A DNA stretch of 64,000 nucleotides from Vicugna vicugna (taxonomy: Eukaryota), in assembly GCA_013265495.1 (NCBI GenBank), contig MU060666.1, positions 940,128 through 1,004,127 of the forward strand, written 5' to 3'. Below the pieces are notes generated by a model, which saw only the letters and a program-made list of their open reading frames with translations, made no database searches and had not been told where the DNA came from. Of this stretch, positions 58,076-64,000 are shown in pieces. Position 1 is the stretch's first letter; the number at the start of each line of letters is the position of its first letter. A program made the translations under genes and the position numbers.

Positions 58076-58256
58076 AAAATGCAAGCTGGTGACCAGCGGG
58101 CCCTGGCTGGAGGTGGCCCCCATCGCCCTCGGAGACGTGTCCATCATCCCGGAGAGCCCCGGCGCCAACGGGAGTGGGCCCAGCATCGCGCTCTGGGCCG
58201 TCAGTGACAAGGGGGACGTGCTGTGCCGTCTGGGCGTGTCCGAGCTCAACCCTGCT
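58076..58256 (+). CDS. TECPR1: TECPR1 coding exon 19
   Basis: KCKLVTSGPWLEVAPIALGDVSIIPESPGANGSGPSIALWAVSDKGDVLCRLGVSELNPA; tandem CAGCAG acceptor. Confidence 0.95.
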
Positions 58257-58533
58257 GTGAGCACCTTGTTTCCAGGGGTGCCGGGCCTGCCCATTCTGCC
58301 AGCCCTCTTGGGGCCCTAGTGGATTCTTCCCAAAATAGGACCCTTCAGTGGAGTCAGGCTGGGCTCAGGCCTCCCTGGCCTGCCCAGGATGGTCCCTGGG
58401 ACTTGTGGGCACCGCATGTGGCCCAAGGGGGTCTTCAGGCCCTGTGGGCAGTTGGGACTGAGACTGAGGTGGGTGTGGGGAGCCGCCAGCTCCCGGTCGC
58501 GGCAGGCCCTGAGTGCCCCTCCCCCGCCCCCAG

Positions 58534-58669
58534 GGCTCCTCCTGGCTGCATGTGGGCACCGACCAGCCCTTCGCCTCCGTCTCCATTGGGGCCTGCTACC
58601 AGGTGTGGGCCGTGGCAAGGGACGGGTCCGCCTTCTACCGCGGCTCCGTGTCCCCCTCCCAGCCGGCTG
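58534..58669 (+). CDS. TECPR1: TECPR1 coding exon 20
   Basis: GSSWLHVGTDQPFASVSIGACYQVWAVARDGSAFYRGSVSPSQPA(G). Confidence 0.96.
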
Positions 58670-59383
58670 GTGAGTGCTACCCCTCGGGAGGATGCCTACC
58701 TGCCACCGCGGAGTTGTGACAGGGGCCAAGAGGCAGCTGGGCCAGGCCAAGTGAAGGTGCAGGTGTCTCCGCTTCCCAGGAAGCTGGTTGATGGCACTCA
58801 TGATTTTCCGTTTAGTTCAACAAACACTTACTGAGCACCACCTGTGGACCAGGCGCGGGGACCAAGCTGGGCTCCCCCGCGAGGCTGGCCTCCTGCACTG
58901 GGACCAACGGTGTTGGGGGTGCAGTGCCCTGGCGGTGGGGCTGCCCTTTCCTGTCCTCGACACCCTGGGGACAGGCCTGGGGCTCCCCAGGCGGCCCATC
59001 CACAGCGTCCGCCCTGGCTGCCCTCCTGCCGTGCTGGCTTGTTCTTGGCTGGAGGTCTGGACAGAGAGGTGGCGCATCGCACAGTGGCTCCGAGGCTGGC
59101 TCTCCACCACATATTGGGCCAGGCCCCTTCCTCTCCCTGTTCAGGATTCAGTCCCTCTGGACCCACCATCTGAAGCTGCCACGGCCTCAGGAGGGCCCCA
59201 GGCAGGGCACGGGTCGGCCCCCACTGGGCCTTCTTGCACATGTGGTCCAGCTGGTCTGGGGACAAAGGCCATCTGCTCCCTCCCAACCCTGCAAGCTGCA
59301 GAGGGGACCACGTGCTCCAGGGGCACCTGGGTGACAGGTTTGGTGTTTCCGGGTTGGATCCCAAACCCAGTCTCCCGTCACAG

Positions 59384-59476
59384 GTGATTGCTGGTACCAC
59401 ATCCCATCTCCTCCCAAACAGAGACTGACACAGGTGTCCGTGGGGCACACGGCAGTGTTCGCCTTGGATGAAAACG
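59384..59476 (+). CDS. TECPR1: TECPR1 coding exon 21 (GC donor)
   Basis: DCWYHIPSPPKQRLTQVSVGHTAVFALDEN(G). The frame is kept only with donor GCAAGT at 59477. Confidence 0.93.
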
Positions 59477-60192
59477 GCAAGTGGTTTCTGATCCCCCGTG
59501 GTCACCAGGGTGGGTTTGGGTTAGCGTCCCAGTGGGATAAGACCCTTGCCCACCCCAGGTGCCTGACAGGAGACTTTCACAAGCCCCACGAGAGGCCGCC
59601 AGCCCGAGGTCAGCCTCCAAATAGGCCCCTCCCCCAAGTCATGCCGGGTGTGGGGCACCAGCCCGCCCCAGGTGCCCAGGTCTGCCTCGGCCTTGGGCAG
59701 AGGGCACAGTACCGAGGCCGGGGTGACACTGCGTGGTGAGGCCTGCCCTGGGAGCATCTTCCGGAAGGTGCCACCCAGGCCTGTGACTTGGGAGCCCACA
59801 GCCGGGTTTGGCAGAGGCCATCTGCCTGGCTGGGCCGTCCCTGACCACCCCCGCCACCTCAGGCAGGCTCTGGGTGCCCCTTCCTGGTCTGTGGCCGTCA
59901 CAGAGGAGCAAGGCCAGGAAAGGGCGGACTTGGGCCTGGAACCCAGGCCTTTTATTCCAGACCTGGTCTCTATTTCTTTAAAGAATTCCTTGTTCTCAGT
60001 TTCTCACGCGTGAAAAGAAGATGAGGATGCCAGCCCAGCACGGGGGCAGCGATGAAGCCAGGTGGAGGGAGGGGCAATGGCAGAACTGGGTCGGCGAGAG
60101 CCCCGGGCAGTGCGTTCAGATCTCCGGGCCTTGCAGACCCTGAGCCAGGTCCTGGTGCTCAGAGCCTCATGTCACTTGCCGTTCTCTCCTAG

Positions 60193-60299
60193 GGAACCTG
60201 TGGTACCGCCAGGGGGTCACGCCCAGTTACCCGCAGGGATCCAGCTGGGAGCATGTGTCCAACAACGTGCGCCGCGTGTCCGTGGGGCCCCTGGACCAG
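60193..60299 (+). CDS. TECPR1: TECPR1 coding exon 22
   Basis: NLWYRQGVTPSYPQGSSWEHVSNNVRRVSVGPLDQ. Confidence 0.96.
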
Positions 60300-60446
60300 G
60301 TCTGGGGAGAAGTGGGTGGAGGTTGGATGCTGGCTCTGGGGTCAGGGACTCGGGGCGATCCGGGTTCTGCTCTGGTCTCCCCCACTGCTGTCCCCATGAT
60401 CCCCCTGTGGCGGGGGGGCCAGACCTTCAAGGGGTCTGCGTTCCAG

Positions 60447-60566
60447 GTCTGGGTCATCGCCAACAAAGTCCAGGGAAGTCGCAGCCTGAGCCGGGGAACC
60501 GTATGTCACCGCATAGGCGTGCAGCCCCGTGAGCCCAAGGGGCAGGGCTGGGACTACGGCATCGGG
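60447..60566 (+). CDS. TECPR1: TECPR1 coding exon 23
   Basis: VWVIANKVQGSRSLSRGTVCHRIGVQPREPKGQGWDYGIG; 120 nt. Confidence 0.96.
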
Positions 60567-60706
60567 GTGAGCAGGGCTGGGCACGGGGCAGCGGTGCTGG
60601 CTTAGGGCTCCAGGCCAACAGCTGTCTCAGTGGGGACCTGATGGGAGGCCCTGTCAGAGCCCCTGGACCCCTGGTGGTCCCAGGTGACTCCGATTTTTCC
60701 TTCCAG

Positions 60707-60868
60707 GGGGGCTGGGATCACCTCTCTGTCCGGGCCAATGCCACCAGAGCCCCCAGGAGCTCATCCCAGGAGACACCCAGCAGACAGAGCGGGGAGCAGA
60801 GCCTCCCCAGCGAGCCCTTGAAGGTGGCTGGTGGCCCCCAGGAGACCTTGGGCCCTGTCTGCTGCTGA
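60707..60868 (+). CDS. TECPR1: TECPR1 coding exon 24 (last)
   Basis: GGWDHLSVRANATRAPRSSSQETPSRQSGEQSLPSEPLKVAGGPQETLGPVCC then TGA. Summed CDS is 3441 nt = 1146 aa plus stop. Confidence 0.96.
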   Translation, partial: GGWDHLSVRANATRAPRSSSQETPSRQSGEQSLPSEPLKVAGGPQETLGPVCC

Positions 60869-62360
60869 GGCAGGCTCCCTTCACCCAGAAGCTGGCGTTG
60901 TGCCAGGTTTGAAGGACCAAGGTTGACATGTGCGCCTTCCTGTCGTGAGCCGTTCTCGTGCTGACAGTGGACGCCGGAAGGGGTGTCTCCAGGCCCAGAC
61001 TCCAGACTCTGAGACTTTGGAGGGAACCTGGCCTGAGATCATGGCCACCTCAGAGGCACTGGCGGAAGCAGCCCAGAAAAGTGAAGCTCTGTGGACACCT
61101 TGTGTTCCCAGCTGCAAGGAGGACTGTGGTGGGGGGTGGGGGCCCTTCCGCCGGCCTCTCCTGCCCTTCCCTTCCCCCTCTGCCTCCTGCCTGTCTGAGT
61201 TGGGGACCTGGAGCCTGGAGCCTTCCAGGAAGCTGCCCCCAGGAAAGCAGAGCCCACAAAGGAGCCTCACAGGCGTGAGCCCCGGAGTCCCTGCACAGTG
61301 TTGGGCCCTGCCCCTTAAAGAAGAGCGGCCGTGAGGCTCGGGGCTGCTTTGCCCCAGGCCGTGACTGAGTCTCAGAGCAGCTCTCACAAATGGGGTTTCA
61401 TTTCAGAAGTTAAGGAAGGGGCTGGAAGTCCGGAAATAAATGCTGAGGAGGGGCGTCTTCTTCCCCAGGTGGGCCGGGCCCCCCGGGGTGGACAGAGGAC
61501 GGAGGGGTGGTCAGTGGCTGGGCGAAGCTGTCCAAGTACAGAGTCACTGTCATCAGCCCTCAGCCAGCCCTTCCCCAGACGTGGTTGGGGGCCGGGGGCT
61601 CCGACGCCTGACCGTGTTGCAGCAGGTGGCCTGGGCGGTGGAGACGGGCTGAGAAGGGTGCAGTGGCTGCAGCCCCGAGCAGAGCAGAGCCGAGCCAAGC
61701 AGAGCCGTCCGCCAGAGGCAAGAGCCCTGCCCAGCCAGGTCGGCGGCAGGCACCTGCCACGCGGCCCCGCTCCCAGGGGGCAGTTTCTCCGCTGCTTTTT
61801 ATCCGGAAAAGGGCCCGTTTGGTGAAGTCTTGAGTTTGCTTCCTACAACCAGGCACTTTGCCCCAGGGGTCATCAGAGCTGGCGGCCGGCGGTCTCTGCT
61901 CATTTTGAGCTGGAACAAGCTGCCACCACCAGCTTCCCCGCTTTTCCCACCAGGAGGGCCCAGTTATGCACTTTTTTGCTGTGTGGTGTTTGACTCTAAG
62001 GAGGTTGGCCTTGGAGTCCCTTCCCGAGGGGCACTGCAGGGAGCCCGTGACCTCCGCGTTTGCTGCGTCTCCTGGAGGCGGGACCAGGAGGCGTGAGTCT
62101 GGGGGCAGTGCCCAGGTGAATCGGGTGAAGGGCCAGGACACCCGCCTGTTTACACTCAGGTCGTTGTCAGGTTTTCTCCGAGTGGGCATTAATGTTTTCT
62201 GCTGTGACTCGCAGCCTGTAGCTGGTTTCACCCCACCCTTTCTCCAGGGCGACCGTGTCCCCTCCTTGCTGAGCACTGGCTGTTTGCCTGCTCAGCATCA
62301 CCAAACCATCTTGATTCCTCGGATGTTTTATTCAATAAAATCTTACGCCAGAGTGTCAAG
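60869..62360 (+). other. TECPR1: TECPR1 3' UTR (end uncertain)
   Basis: Follows the stop codon; + strand AATAAA at 61435, 62334 and 62490. Confidence 0.6.
62326..62340. terminator. Palindromic two-strand poly(A) signal TTTTATTCAATAAAA
   Basis: Perfect 7-1-7 inverted repeat giving AATAAA on both strands, in an AT-rich island downstream of TECPR1. Confidence 0.6.
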
Positions 62361-64000
62361 GATGCAACAGTCTTTATTGCTACATTATGATTCAAATGCA
62401 GTTCCCACTGGAGCGTGGGGCAGAAGTGGCAATTGCCAGGAAATCTTTTATTTTGGTTTCATTAGTACTTTGAAGAGGCCACTAGGAAAAATAAAAGCAA
62501 ATTTGGGTCATTTAAGAAACCTGTTCACCACAGTTACAGCGGGGCACTGGCCGTTCAGTTCCAGGTAGGTTTTCCCAGGCAGAAAAGTCGCAGCTCTGGC
62601 GTCTCTGTGCGGTCTGTGGGGTCCCGCCCCCGAGGTCACGGCTCACGCTGGCGCAGGTCCCGTCTGCAGGCTAGTCCGCGGCCCCACATGTCCGAGAGGC
62701 GGCCAGGCTCAGAGTGCGACTCTCTGACTTTAGGAAACACAGAGCTTGGGAGGGCCAGGCAGGATGGAACCATCCAGCCAGGCTTGGAGTCCAAGACGAG
62801 GGTGGACAAAGCAGACCCGGCAGCGGGTGCCTCAGCCTGTCACCAGGCCTGTCCCCTTGTCCCTTATCACCCCCCCATATTAACACCCAGAACCTGGCCT
62901 GGGCCCTTTAAGGTCTACAGGCCGTGCAGGTGGAGAAGAAATGGACATCTGGGCCCAGGTGACCCTTTGGGAAGCAGAGGGGTGCAGGTGCCAGTTTGGG
63001 ACAGAGAGAAAGAGCCACAAAGGCTGTCATCTTGCAAGGTGGTGACCCGCAGGCACCCGGTCACCAGGCATGATCTCCTGGACAGAGCCTCTGCTGGCAC
63101 CCCCACCCCTGTGCTTTCAGTTTGTCAGCTCCTTTGCAAGTTCAGGGATACACTGAGCCCTGCTCTGGCCTCAGCGCAGCAGGAACAGGAGCCGCCGGGT
63201 TTGCAGGCCTCCCACTCCTGTGTTCCAGCCGGCAGACCACCCCCAGCAGGGCAGGCGAGGGCCCCATCTGTCCCAAGCTCAGAGTCACCCTCAATCTCAG
63301 CTCCCATTGGTGGGCTTCCGACCCCGACCTTCTTGAGTGGCCACCCATGGAGGGCAGGCTAGGAGCACTCCCTGACCCATGCTGAAGGACGGCTGGGATG
63401 ATGGGGGACTGCCTGGCACTGAGGCCTAGCGGTGAGGGGTGGGGTGGGGGAAGTAGGGGATGGGGTGGTGTCCAGCTGGTGTCTAATGTGGAGAGTTAGG
63501 ACTGAAGCACCTGATGGCTGTTTCCACAGGTGCCACCCACGGCCCTCGCTGTGGCCAGGGCTGACACGGAGCCTGGCGGTGCGTTAAGTGGCTGGGGCCA
63601 CGACTGCCAGGGCTGGGAGGGGGCAGCTGTGCAGCGGGAATGGGCCTTCGGCTGTGGCAGCCCCACTCCGGGCCGGGCTCAGCCCCCACCCACAGTGCCC
63701 AGAGCGGGCAGGCTCTGGGACAGATCTGGGCTCTGGCAGGCCTGGCCCCATGTGCCAGGCCAACTCCACCCTCTCCGAAGTCCCTGTCACTTCTGCCTGA
63801 GGCTGCCAAGGGCCCTGTCCCCTCCCCATATTGGCTGTGGGCAGGTGGACAAGGGAGGGAAGCTGCCAGCAGGGTTGAGAGCAAAGTCACCAAGCCTGTC
63901 AGAGCCAGTGGGACAGGAACACCACAGAAGGAAGCGTGGCCCAGGGCGGCTGGGACCTGCCAAGCTGCCCAGTCCACCTTTAAGGGGCAGCACCCGGTGG

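Noticed and set aside
62500-64000. BHLHA15 coding sequence
   Set aside because: No bHLH peptide in any frame; at most its 3' UTR is present, inferred from synteny only.

Overview
GC-rich mammalian genomic DNA, almost certainly from a camelid: it carries six copies of a tRNA-Ala-derived Vic-1-type SINE. There are no prokaryotic features. I reconstructed three protein-coding genes exon by exon from splice signals and translation. BAIAP2L1/IRTKS (+) contributes its last 5 coding exons (544-6291). BRI3 (-) is complete (3 coding exons, 125 aa, 8520-16481). TECPR1 (+) has a complete CDS (24 coding exons, 3441 nt, 1146 aa, 38222-60868). The layout is BAIAP2L1 >< BRI3 <> TECPR1, matching recalled human 7q21 synteny. 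That synteny predicts a convergent BHLHA15 just beyond the window; its CDS is not visible here. The rest is CpG-island promoters, introns and old repeats (L1M, L2, MIR, MLT1 LTRs, Tigger1, MER58). I found no clearly novel multi-gene system. The best leads are regulatory. Both tail-to-tail junctions have palindromic two-strand poly(A) signals. TCACGTG (CLEAR/USF-type) E-boxes recur between the two divergent lysosome-linked genes. TECPR1 has several unusual splicing features: a 69-nt in-frame intron with mirtron/G4 geometry, a 147-nt in-frame intron bounded by direct repeats, a GC-AG intron, a NAGNAG acceptor, an in-frame cryptic acceptor inside the N-terminal DysF domain, and a triple intronic AATAAA. 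Comparisons to human proteins and repeat consensus sequences are from memory, not database searches. Repeat boundaries are approximate.
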